Source: an uncultured virus (IMG/VR IMGVR_UViG_3300029288_000087) | Taxonomy: Duplodnaviria > Heunggongvirae > Uroviricota > Caudoviricetes | Virus record (IMG/VR): IMGVR_UViG_3300029288_000087 | Strand: one strand, 5' to 3' | Length of the DNA stretch: 64,000 nt | Part shown: piece by piece, positions 53,954 to 62,711 of the stretch | Position numbering within the stretch: position 1 is the first letter of the stretch | Layout: every line of letters starts with the position of its first letter | The notes under the pieces: model-generated | Databases searched by the model: none | The model's input: only the letters and a program-made list of their open reading frames with translations | Told to the model about the DNA's origin: nothing | Program-made: the position numbers and the translations under genes

Positions 53954-56386
53954 ATGGCACGAGGAAGGATTTTCCGGATCACGAAGGCCCAGGCAAAGGC
54001 CTACGAAATCCTGGATCCGCCCTCGACGCGCTCGGCCCGCCCGAACCCAGGCGTCACGGCCATCATGGGGATCACCAACGGTCGCGGAGCTGCGAAGCGC
54101 GGGGCTCGCAAGGGCAAGGCTCGCAAGTCGGTCCGCATGCTCGGCGGCATCAGCTGCCCCAAGACGGCTCCGAAGAAGCACCGCATGGCAGGGGCGACGA
54201 AGCGCTCAGACTACGCGCTGCCGCAGTGCTTCCACTACCCGGTGCGCACGCGCGGCAAGGCTTCCGTCTTGAAGATCCGGCGAGCCCTGACCCGCTACGG
54301 CACGCACAAGAGCAGGTACTCGCCCGCCGTCCGCAGGCAGATCGAGCGCGGGATCGCGAAGGCTGCGAAAGAAGCCGGGATGACGAGTCCCGTGGCGATG
54401 AAGTACCGCAAGAAGTTCGCACTGGCGAATGCAAAAGGAGAAAGCCCCATGTTCGTCGTCCCCAATGCCGCGCGCAAGCGCGCAAGGCGCAAGTCCAAGT
54501 CGCGCAAGCTGTCCCCGGCTCATGCCTTCTTCTTGTACCCGACCACCAAGGGCAAGATCGGCGCGTCGGCGTCCCCGAACCGCAAGCGCAAGGCGCGCAA
54601 GGCCCGGAAGGGTGCTCGCAAGCTGAAGTTTGGCTCGCCCGCATGGCAGAAGAAGTTCAACCCGCTGTACGGCGGCAAGGGCAAGACGCGCAAGGGCAAG
54701 AAGTCGACTGCCAAGCGTCGGACCGCGCGTCGGATGGTTACGTCGGGCGTTCGTCGCGTGACCGTTCGTCGTGGCAAGGGCAAGCGCCGCAGCGGTCTGA
54801 GCGTCGCTCTGCGCAACATGTCGATCCTTCCTGCGGTGCCGAACAAGCGTCGCCGCTCGACCAAGAAGTACAGCGCCGCGTGGCATCGCAAGATGACGCA
54901 TGCGGTCGCGAACCGCTATCGTCGGCGCGCTCGGCGCAACGCAGAGGGCGAGGGGATCTTCTTCCCGGGCGAGGGCGGAGGTTCGTTCATGGACGAGCCC
55001 TCCACCATCATGTCCGAGGCGCAGGAGAAGAAGCTCGCTGCTGCCGCCACTGCCGAAGGCATCGCTCAAGACATGTTCAAGACTCAGGCGGATTTCGACG
55101 CGTGGTTCGCGAACATGTACAAGAGCAAGACGTTCCGCAAGTTCTACATGTCATTCAGACGAAGGCGCACTGCGCTCTCCAAGCGAGGTAGGAAGATGGC
55201 AACCAGGAAGAAGGGCAAGAAGGCTGCGGGCCGCAAGCCTCGCAAGGGCAAGAAGGCTCGCAAGGCACGCAAGGGAACCCGCAAGCTGAAGTTCGGCTCG
55301 CCCGCATGGCGCAAGAAGTACGCGCGCAAGATCGCGGCGGGTCGGCGCAAGGCGAAGCGGCACGGCACGCGCAAGGCTGCGAAGCGTCGCAAGAGCGGCT
55401 CGCGCAGCAAGCGCCGGGTCACGCGTCGTCGAGGCACCGCACGTCGTCGGAGCGCAGCGCGCCGCCGCACGGGTGGTCGTAGGCTCAAGTTCGGCTCGAA
55501 GGCGTACAACAAGAAGTACGCGGCCAAGCGCAAGCGCAACCTTCGGTCGGCGAAGCGTCACGGCAAGCGCAGGGCTCGCCGGAACTTCAGCTTCCGTGCC
55601 ATCCCGAACCAGCTGCTCATGCGCGTCAAGGCCATGGCGATCCCTGGGCTCATCGCGCTCGGTGGCTACGCCATCCATCGCGTTGTGACCAAGGTTCTGT
55701 CCAAGGCCATCGGCGGCACGGTCACGAGCTACGCCGAACCCCTGAGCGGGCTCGTCGCGATCGCGGCTGGCACCTGGGCGGTTGGCAAGTTCCTGCCGCA
55801 GCACTCTCATGCTGCGATCATGGGCATGGCCGTCAGCTTCGGCGCGTTGCTCCTCAAGAGCTTCCTGCCCGACGTTGCGACCTACCTGGGCATGGGCTCG
55901 GTCGGATCGCAGAACCAGCGCGTGCGCTGGGGCATGCAGGGACCGGAGTTCATGCAGGCGGCTGCTGGCCCGGAGTTCATGCAGGCGGCTGCTGGCCCGG
56001 GGTTCCTCCAGGCGGCTGCTGACTACTACCAGCCCGCGAGCGGGATCGGCGAGTACGTCAGCGATGGTTCGCTCTCTCCCGTGAGCGACTTCGGCGAGTA
56101 CGTCGCGAGCAATCTCGACGTGAGCGGCTGGGGTGACTACGAGGTGAGCACCCAGTACCAGACCGGCGCGGACGGCTACGGAGCCATCAACGACGGGATC
56201 CAGCCGGGCGGCAATCTCGATCAGCAGTTCAACATCATGGAAGCGGCGGCGGGGCTCGGTCTGAACAGCCCCGGCAGCTCGTCCACCTACGTCCCGCACG
56301 AGGGCATGCGCAACGTGGCCTCTGCGGAATCGAGCGACAGCTCGGGCGTGTTCGATGTCGGCGGAGGCAACGGCGTCCTGGGCTGA
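53954..56386 (+). CDS. Very Arg/Lys-rich protein with TM block and acidic Gly-rich tail; putative DNA-condensing core (poly)protein
   Basis: About 540 aa basic region with repeated PN/AN/RN and LKFGS motifs, then 3 hydrophobic helices, GPEFMQAAA x3 and GEY repeats; start codon uncertain. Confidence 0.75.
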   Translation: MARGRIFRITKAQAKAYEILDPPSTRSARPNPGVTAIMGITNGRGAAKRGARKGKARKSVRMLGGISCPKTAPKKHRMAGATKRSDYALPQCFHYPVRTRGKASVLKIRRALTRYGTHKSRYSPAVRRQIERGIAKAAKEAGMTSPVAMKYRKKFALANAKGESPMFVVPNAARKRARRKSKSRKLSPAHAFFLYPTTKGKIGASASPNRKRKARKARKGARKLKFGSPAWQKKFNPLYGGKGKTRKGKKSTAKRRTARRMVTSGVRRVTVRRGKGKRRSGLSVALRNMSILPAVPNKRRRSTKKYSAAWHRKMTHAVANRYRRRARRNAEGEGIFFPGEGGGSFMDEPSTIMSEAQEKKLAAAATAEGIAQDMFKTQADFDAWFANMYKSKTFRKFYMSFRRRRTALSKRGRKMATRKKGKKAAGRKPRKGKKARKARKGTRKLKFGSPAWRKKYARKIAAGRRKAKRHGTRKAAKRRKSGSRSKRRVTRRRGTARRRSAARRRTGGRRLKFGSKAYNKKYAAKRKRNLRSAKRHGKRRARRNFSFRAIPNQLLMRVKAMAIPGLIALGGYAIHRVVTKVLSKAIGGTVTSYAEPLSGLVAIAAGTWAVGKFLPQHSHAAIMGMAVSFGALLLKSFLPDVATYLGMGSVGSQNQRVRWGMQGPEFMQAAAGPEFMQAAAGPGFLQAAADYYQPASGIGEYVSDGSLSPVSDFGEYVASNLDVSGWGDYEVSTQYQTGADGYGAINDGIQPGGNLDQQFNIMEAAAGLGLNSPGSSSTYVPHEGMRNVASAESSDSSGVFDVGGGNGVLG
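55940..56020 (+). repeat. 27-bp tandem repeat x3 (GPEFMQAAA)
   Basis: GGMCCGGAGTTCATGCAGGCGGCTGCT repeated; third copy degenerate. Confidence 0.9.
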
Positions 56387-56515
56387 GCCAGGGCGAAGTG
56401 ATCGGATCCGGATAGTGGCAGGAGCAAGCTAGGAAACGTCAGTCTGGAGAGCCAGCGGCATAGAGGAACCAGCCTCTCAAATCATGGTACCGCTGGCAGA
56501 AAGAGAAACGCAGTC

Positions 56516-57280
56516 ATGGCAAAGATTCTCAACATCCGCGAACGTGTTCATCAACCCTTTCGTGACGCGCTGTGTCGGACAGCCGGTCTGTTTCAGGGTG
56601 CCCTGAATCAGACGACCGACTTGTTCATCACGCAGGGGCGTGACGAGGGCTTCACGAACCTCAAGACGAGCGCCGTGCTTCCGAACGACTCGTCCATGAT
56701 CATCCTCGCGGCGAGGGTGCTTCAGTGGTTCCGCGCTCCGGTGCGCCGCAACTTCAATCCGGATGGCACCGTTCTGACGAACGGCGACTACGGTCCCATC
56801 GGCCTCGCGGCGTGGGTGTGGCCGAACGGTGCGGGCGCAGTCGCGCTCGGCAACGCCCCGGCGAACTACGAGGACGTGTACCGCATGCACTGGCAGTGCG
56901 CCGAGGGTCTGTTCTGGACGATCGGCGCTGGCGAGAAGGACTCGCTGCGCAGCATGCCGACGATGTACTTCCCCATGGGCGGCGGTCTGCACGGGGACAT
57001 CGGCGGGGCGACGGACCTCATCCACTTCAACAACGGCTCACCGAGCCACACGTCGATCCTTCGGATCGCGCGCGCTATCACCATCACCCCGCGCCAGCTG
57101 ATCAAGGCGCAGGTGACCGCCGTGTCGTACCCGGCTGGTGGAAACCAGACGATCTTCGGCACTTCGACGGCGCAGGGGCGCGACATGCTGAACCCGATCA
57201 GCAACCTGAACTGCGTCGATGCGATGGGCAAGGTCGTTGCCCTCGTGATCGACGGGTTGCTGAGCCGCGACGTTCAGTAA
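56516..57280 (+). CDS. Putative major capsid protein, paralogue 1 (jelly-roll inferred)
   Basis: QPFRD...LF...TNL...LP pattern; strong codon bias; lies after the core protein; near-duplicate follows. Confidence 0.55.
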   Translation: MAKILNIRERVHQPFRDALCRTAGLFQGALNQTTDLFITQGRDEGFTNLKTSAVLPNDSSMIILAARVLQWFRAPVRRNFNPDGTVLTNGDYGPIGLAAWVWPNGAGAVALGNAPANYEDVYRMHWQCAEGLFWTIGAGEKDSLRSMPTMYFPMGGGLHGDIGGATDLIHFNNGSPSHTSILRIARAITITPRQLIKAQVTAVSYPAGGNQTIFGTSTAQGRDMLNPISNLNCVDAMGKVVALVIDGLLSRDVQ

Positions 57281-57296
57281 CCAGAACAGGGCAGCC

Positions 57297-57327
57297 GCCC
57301 CGGAGACCCGATCTCGCGCTCCGGGGC
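57297..57327 (+). terminator. GC-rich hairpin between the capsid paralogues
   Basis: GCCCCGGAG-N13-CTCCGGGGC; no U-tract. Confidence 0.5.
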
Positions 57328-57358
57328 GTCGGTCCATCACTGGAAAGGAAGGCTCCTC

Positions 57359-58177
57359 GTGGCCAAGATTCTGAACATTCGAGAGAGGGTTCACCAGCCC
57401 TTTCGCGACGCGCTGTGCCGCACGGCGGGCCTCTCGCGAGGCAACCTGAACCAGACAACCGACCTGTTCATCGCGCAGGGCCGGGACGAAGGTTTCACGA
57501 ACCTCAAGACGAGCGCCGTACTTCCGAACGACGCGTCCATGATCATCCTCGCGGCCCGCGTCATGCAGTGGTTCCGCAGGCCGGTCCCTCGCGATATGGC
57601 CGATGCCACCAACGTCACCCTGAACGGTGACTACGGGATGATCGACGGAACGGTCCCGTTCGCGTGGCCGAATGCGGTCGGTGGCGTAGCAGAGGGAAAC
57701 GCTCCTGGGCTACACAACGATGTGTACCGGTTGCACTGGCAGTGCGCCGAAGGTCTGTTCTGGACGATCGGCGCTGGCGAGAAGGACTCGCTGCGCAGCA
57801 TGCCGACGATGTACTTCCCGGCAGGTGGCGGGCTTCACGGCAAGATCGGCGCAAGAACAGGCATCATCTGGTGGTTCGACAGGCAGGGGCAGTACGTCCA
57901 CTTCCATGCCCCGCTGATCCACTACAACAACGGCTGTCCGACGCACACCGCGATTTTGCGGCTCGCGCGCGCCATCACCATCACCCCGCGCCAGCTGATC
58001 AAGGCGCAGGTGACGGCGGTCCGCTATCCCGATGGCGGCAACGCCACGCTTTTCGGGACAACGACCGCCAATGGCCGGGACATGCTCAACCCGATCGACA
58101 ACCTCAACGCCGTCGATGCGTGCGGCAAGGTCGTGTCCCTGATCCTGGACGGCCTCCTGAGCCGTGACGTGCAGTAG
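57359..58177 (+). CDS. Putative major capsid protein, paralogue 2
   Basis: Same first 24 aa and DGLLSRDVQ end as paralogue 1; GTG start; extra loop GIIWWFDRQGQYVHFHAP. Confidence 0.55.
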   Translation: MAKILNIRERVHQPFRDALCRTAGLSRGNLNQTTDLFIAQGRDEGFTNLKTSAVLPNDASMIILAARVMQWFRRPVPRDMADATNVTLNGDYGMIDGTVPFAWPNAVGGVAEGNAPGLHNDVYRLHWQCAEGLFWTIGAGEKDSLRSMPTMYFPAGGGLHGKIGARTGIIWWFDRQGQYVHFHAPLIHYNNGCPTHTAILRLARAITITPRQLIKAQVTAVRYPDGGNATLFGTTTANGRDMLNPIDNLNAVDACGKVVSLILDGLLSRDVQ

Positions 58178-58279
58178 CCGGATGCGGGCAGACGCGCCCG
58201 TAAACGGTCCTCAAGTCTGATTGGTCTCGCGCCGGGCGGCAGCGTCGGCCACCCGGCGCTCCGCAAGGAGCGAACCAAA

Positions 58280-59266
58280 GTGATCAACGAAGCGGCACTT
58301 CAGCAATTTCTCAACCAGATCCAATCCGCCGCCAACGGGGCAGCGAAGATGGCCCGAGACGGCCTCGCCGCTGCGCAGGACGCGCGGGCCACGGCTGCGC
58401 AGCTCCGTGGTGAGCACGCGGAAGCACAGAAGAAGATGCAGGAGTGGGACTCCAAGGTTGGGGGTCTCAAGATCCGGTCTTCGGTCGGCGCGGGCATGGG
58501 GCGACCCGACCTCCTGATGATCGAGGACATCCCCGGTCGCCGGATCCCGTTCGACGTGATCGTTCCGCTCGGCATCCCCGCGAACCTGACAACGTCGGTG
58601 CCGGGGACCTATCAGGTCTCGATGGACGGGCCGTTCGTGGCGACGAGTCGGTTCGCCATCTTCGTGTCGAGCTACACGTTCCAGGTCACGGTCCAGTCTT
58701 CGACGACGCGGTTCGTGGGCCGGTCGTTCGGCAGGCAGAGGCCGATCAGCTCCGTGAACGACATCATGGACGCGATGAGCGGCTGGGCCAACACGAACTT
58801 CGACGCGGACACCTGGGCATGCCCGGCAACGCTTCCTCAAGAGGCGTCGATGGCGATCCCGGTCAACAAGTCCGGGTTCCGCACCATGGAAGGTGACTTC
58901 TACATCCAGGTGCGCGATCAGGCATACCCCCGACAGAACCAAGCCGTTCCGTCTGGCGTGTGGGCTCCTGGCTTCAAGCAGTCGATGGGCCTGTCGGTGC
59001 TCGACTACTGGGAGAAGGGCACGACGATCCAGATCGATGTCGAGCCCGCTCACGTCAACAACCCGCCCAACGGCAACATCGCATCGCTGTTCGGTACCTA
59101 TCCGTACCTGGACTCGCAGTACGACGTGCACGAGGGCATCATGTACCCGCCGTATGCGTGCACTGGCGTGACGAGCGATTCGGTCACGCGTAACCCGATC
59201 GGGACACTGATCTGCGGCTACCACGGCTTCCGGATCCTGCATCCCGCAGGCGTTGCGGTGAGGTAA
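58280..59266 (+). CDS. Putative minor capsid protein (N-terminal coiled coil plus beta domain)
   Basis: RBS AAGGAG; beta-rich; ends GYHGFRIL. Confidence 0.5.
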   Translation: MINEAALQQFLNQIQSAANGAAKMARDGLAAAQDARATAAQLRGEHAEAQKKMQEWDSKVGGLKIRSSVGAGMGRPDLLMIEDIPGRRIPFDVIVPLGIPANLTTSVPGTYQVSMDGPFVATSRFAIFVSSYTFQVTVQSSTTRFVGRSFGRQRPISSVNDIMDAMSGWANTNFDADTWACPATLPQEASMAIPVNKSGFRTMEGDFYIQVRDQAYPRQNQAVPSGVWAPGFKQSMGLSVLDYWEKGTTIQIDVEPAHVNNPPNGNIASLFGTYPYLDSQYDVHEGIMYPPYACTGVTSDSVTRNPIGTLICGYHGFRILHPAGVAVR

Positions 59267-59267
59267 C

Positions 59268-60041
59268 ATGGCCCAGTATCCCCCGGCCAACGTGTGCCCG
59301 GCCACCCCGGTCGGCCCGACTTCTGCGATGCCCGGCGGCGGGATCGCACCCGGAGACATCAAGCGAACGCTGGAGCTTGCGGGGCCGTTCTCTGCGTACA
59401 CGCGGCACCCTGAGCTTGAAGACTTCGAGCAGATGTTCCGCGTCGAGCCAGACGACAGCTGGTTCTCGGTCGATAGGTCACCGAACAGCCCGATCCAGTT
59501 CGAGATCGCGGCGGTGACGACGGGCGACAACCAGATGCTCTTCATCTACGACTACTCGGTGCAGGTGTTCGGCTTCTCCGGGATCAACGCTCACGACTTC
59601 GAGCCGTTGGAGGACGGGCGGCACTCGGGCGCGTTCGGCTACGTGCTCAGAATCAACGGACGGTCCCCCGGGGCCCTTCACTACCGGCTCGACCCGGTCT
59701 CCCCGAACCTTCGCCCGATCGCTATCCAGCTTCAGGGTGCGTGGCCGAACCCTACGGCCATCCCCGGGCCCGACCCGTACGCGCGGGCCCTCGCGGACCA
59801 GTTCGCGTCCTCTGCTGGCTTCGGCGCATCCATCCATCCCCAGAGCCCGGGGAGGTTCGGCGCGCACAACGCGAAGTTCACGCTGTTCGTACAGCCGAAT
59901 CAGGCCCTGGACGTGACAGGCGTGATCTTCAACATGATCGAGAGCCCCATCGCATTCATCCAGGCGAGACTCAGCGGCTACGTGTGCTCGGTCAACCTTG
60001 GCAACAAGATTCTGGCTGACATGCGATCCTGCCTGCGCTAG
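59268..60041 (+). CDS. Putative minor capsid / penton-like beta protein
   Basis: Beta-rich; ARLSGY C-terminal strand. Confidence 0.45.
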   Translation: MAQYPPANVCPATPVGPTSAMPGGGIAPGDIKRTLELAGPFSAYTRHPELEDFEQMFRVEPDDSWFSVDRSPNSPIQFEIAAVTTGDNQMLFIYDYSVQVFGFSGINAHDFEPLEDGRHSGAFGYVLRINGRSPGALHYRLDPVSPNLRPIAIQLQGAWPNPTAIPGPDPYARALADQFASSAGFGASIHPQSPGRFGAHNAKFTLFVQPNQALDVTGVIFNMIESPIAFIQARLSGYVCSVNLGNKILADMRSCLR

Positions 60042-60138
60042 TTTGGGATCTTCCGGCCCTGGTGTAGAATCGAGACTCCTGCGGAGGCAGCGCAAAAGCC
60101 CGAGCAGACCCTGGATCGATCTACATCGGGGCCACTTC

Positions 60139-61086
60139 ATGCAAACACCCGCATCGTCAGGATTCAATCTCACGCGCTGGTACTTCTACGCAGACGCGGA
60201 GAGTACGAAGCAGGCCGCGTGGTCCGTGGACAGGGACGCGCTGTACGTCGTGCGCTTCTTCGTCAAGAACTGGAGCCGGGAGTCGCAGCTCTCAACGAGC
60301 GGGGGAGCAAGCGGCAGCAGCTGGAAGCTGTTCAAGAACCTGTGCGGCGTTCTCGCGCGAAGCATCGAGCGGTACACGGTGCGCGGCGTGACGATGCTGC
60401 ATGTCGCGAAGATGACCGATCAGATCGGCGTGCTCGCCCCCCTCTGGAGCCTTGATCGTCTTGGATGGATGGACACGGACGAAGGCTCGTGGATCATCGA
60501 TCTGGTGATCAGGGCAGATGACGACCAGACCATCTTCAAGCCAGAACTCGGGGTATGGACCGCCGAAGTTGCAAAAGCGCTTGCGGGAGCAGGGTACCAA
60601 AGCCCTTCTGTCCACGTCATGGGCATCGTTACGCTTCATTGCGGACCGAGCACTTCGGTATGCAGGCTCAACACCCCACAGGACTCCACTCCGGAAATCA
60701 CAGCCGAGGTCGAGTCGTACTGGATGGGGATGCCAGACCTGATACGCGTCACGCTTCCGAAGGCGGAGCTGGATGCCGGGAAGACCGAGCCCCATACCGA
60801 GCTTCTCGACCCGTACGTGGACTGGTCAACGAAAAGGAGCTGCATCGGCTACGGCGGCGCGCAGTACGCTATCGGGCTTCACGACCACATCGGCCTGTAC
60901 GGCGAGCTGAAGCCCATCTTCGAGTGCTCTGGGACGAAAGAGACGATCCTGGACGACATCGCGAAGGCGGTGCCGAAGGCCGCTGCCACCGTGGCTGGCT
61001 TTTCGACGAGCCAGAAGATCGTGGTCGGGATTTTTGTCCTCGCGGGCTTCGTGATTGGAGTGAAATGGCGTAGAATGCGCGTATGA
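60139..61086 (+). CDS. Hypothetical protein with C-terminal TM
   Basis: IVVGIFVLAGFVIGVKWRR. Confidence 0.7.
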   Translation: MQTPASSGFNLTRWYFYADAESTKQAAWSVDRDALYVVRFFVKNWSRESQLSTSGGASGSSWKLFKNLCGVLARSIERYTVRGVTMLHVAKMTDQIGVLAPLWSLDRLGWMDTDEGSWIIDLVIRADDDQTIFKPELGVWTAEVAKALAGAGYQSPSVHVMGIVTLHCGPSTSVCRLNTPQDSTPEITAEVESYWMGMPDLIRVTLPKAELDAGKTEPHTELLDPYVDWSTKRSCIGYGGAQYAIGLHDHIGLYGELKPIFECSGTKETILDDIAKAVPKAAATVAGFSTSQKIVVGIFVLAGFVIGVKWRRMRV

Positions 61087-61508
61087 GTTGCCCATCCTGC
61101 ATCATGGCCCTATCCGGGACGGACGGTTTCGACCCCTCCCCTACCAAGAACACCGCCCTGGGCGCAGTGGTTGGCGCTGCGGCAGGCTTCCTGCTGGCCG
61201 GAAGGCGATACCGCTGGGCTGGCCTCGCCGCCGGGGCAGTTGCGGGCTATCTGCTGGCCCCAACCGTCGTGCAGAGGGTCGCCAGCGCCTCCAGCCGCCC
61301 CGCTGCGGCCCCCGCTGCCCAGCCCCCGCCTCCTGAGCTGCTGCCGCCAGGAGGACGGCCTCCAGCCGCCAAGCTGACATCTCAGGCGATCCGCATCATG
61401 CCCGCCACAGCCTTGCAGCCTCCGCCCGAAATCACGCAGCAGACCGAGACGGACTCGTTTCTGGATGAGTGGATGCGGGGGCCTGACTCGGGGCCGCTTT
61501 CGTACTGA
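61083..61508 (+). CDS. Glycine-zipper two-TM protein
   Basis: LGAVVGAAAG / GLAAGAVAG. Confidence 0.75.
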   Translation: MSCPSCIMALSGTDGFDPSPTKNTALGAVVGAAAGFLLAGRRYRWAGLAAGAVAGYLLAPTVVQRVASASSRPAAAPAAQPPPPELLPPGGRPPAAKLTSQAIRIMPATALQPPPEITQQTETDSFLDEWMRGPDSGPLSY

Positions 61509-61522
61509 TCGGAGAATCGACC

Positions 61523-62500
61523 ATGGACCTGAAGTGCGTTGCAATCAACGTCGGTGCGGTAGCTCTCGGGGCGTATGCGGGGTACAGGTTCGTGCCCGGC
61601 CACAAGAAGGTTGGCGCTGCGGCGGGTGCTGCGGGAGGATTCGCGATTGCGTCCTTCTTGCTCGGCTGCAAGCTCTGGGATGAAACCCCGGTCATGGTCG
61701 CACTGCCTGCGACGCCTGAAGGTGTCCCGACGACGCCTCCGATCCTTCAAGCGATCAGCCCGGACGGAGCGCCGATGCTCACTCCCAAGCCGCTGATCGT
61801 TCCGGCGAAGACGTTCAAGCTGCCGTTGACGTTCAGCAAGACTGTCATGCCCACCCAGATTGCCCCGAGCGGGTCCGGGCTCTCCACACTCGTCGCGAGG
61901 TTGCAGGCCGGGATCGCAAGCGCGATGCCGGGGGCGAAAAAGGTCGCCGTCATCAAGCAGACGCAGCCCGTCAGCATCAAGCCCGCGGGAGTCATCACGC
62001 AAGAGCAGCTGTACAAGACTTGCTACGACGGGTGCATCGTCGAGCACAAGGGCCAGTGGAGCCCGAACATGTGGCTCTACTGCGAGAGGACATGCAAGGA
62101 GCAGACTGGCCTGCCTCAACCGGTCAGCCAAGTGCAAGGGGCGCAGATGAAAGACCCCGCGTGCATGAAGGCGTGCAGCGACAATAACCCAGCCGACTTC
62201 ATTGCCTCGGGCATGTGCAAAGACCGCTGTCCCGTGATCACCGTCTCGTCAGGGACGCTCTCCAATCTACTTGCGCGCGCCTCCGCGGTCCTGACGCCAT
62301 CGAAGACTACGGCTTCCCCGGCGGCTGTGCCCGCGTACGCCCCGAAGCAGACTCCTTCGGCGGTATCCACCACAAGCTCTGTGGTGGCTCCGTCCTCGAC
62401 GGGCGTGTTCCGTCTGGTTGCTGCCCCCACGACGAACACGTCGAAGACGAGCATCCCAGCTGGGACTTCGGCTGGGGTGCAGCCGGTGCCGGTGACCTGA
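61523..62500 (+). CDS. N-terminal two-TM protein with Cys modules and Pro/Thr linkers
   Basis: CYDGC...CERTC and CMKAC...CKDRC. Confidence 0.75.
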   Translation: MDLKCVAINVGAVALGAYAGYRFVPGHKKVGAAAGAAGGFAIASFLLGCKLWDETPVMVALPATPEGVPTTPPILQAISPDGAPMLTPKPLIVPAKTFKLPLTFSKTVMPTQIAPSGSGLSTLVARLQAGIASAMPGAKKVAVIKQTQPVSIKPAGVITQEQLYKTCYDGCIVEHKGQWSPNMWLYCERTCKEQTGLPQPVSQVQGAQMKDPACMKACSDNNPADFIASGMCKDRCPVITVSSGTLSNLLARASAVLTPSKTTASPAAVPAYAPKQTPSAVSTTSSVVAPSSTGVFRLVAAPTTNTSKTSIPAGTSAGVQPVPVT

Positions 62501-62700
62501 TGCTGGGCGCTCTTCTCATGAACGGGCGGGTACAGAAGTACGCCAAGTTCGCGTTCGGTCTGAGAGGCAGCGACGTGCGCGACCTGGACAGCTACGGCAT
62601 CCCCGTCTGGTCGGTCGTGCTCGCATCGTTCGTCATCGGCGGCTACGTGACCCTGCGGTTCGCACCGAACTTTCTGGTGGGATGGGTGCGACCGAAGTGA
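62500..62700 (+). CDS. Small membrane protein
   Basis: FGLRG plus TM; TGATG coupling. Confidence 0.65.
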   Translation: MLGALLMNGRVQKYAKFAFGLRGSDVRDLDSYGIPVWSVVLASFVIGGYVTLRFAPNFLVGWVRPK

Positions 62701-62711
62701 GAGGATAGGGG

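Noticed and set aside
55940..56020. 27-bp tandem repeat as a CRISPR array
   Set aside because: No spacers; an in-frame coding repeat.
56516..58177. Capsid gene duplication as an assembly artefact or DGR template/variable pair
   Set aside because: Copies differ at many synonymous sites and by indels, differences are not adenine-specific, and no RT is present.
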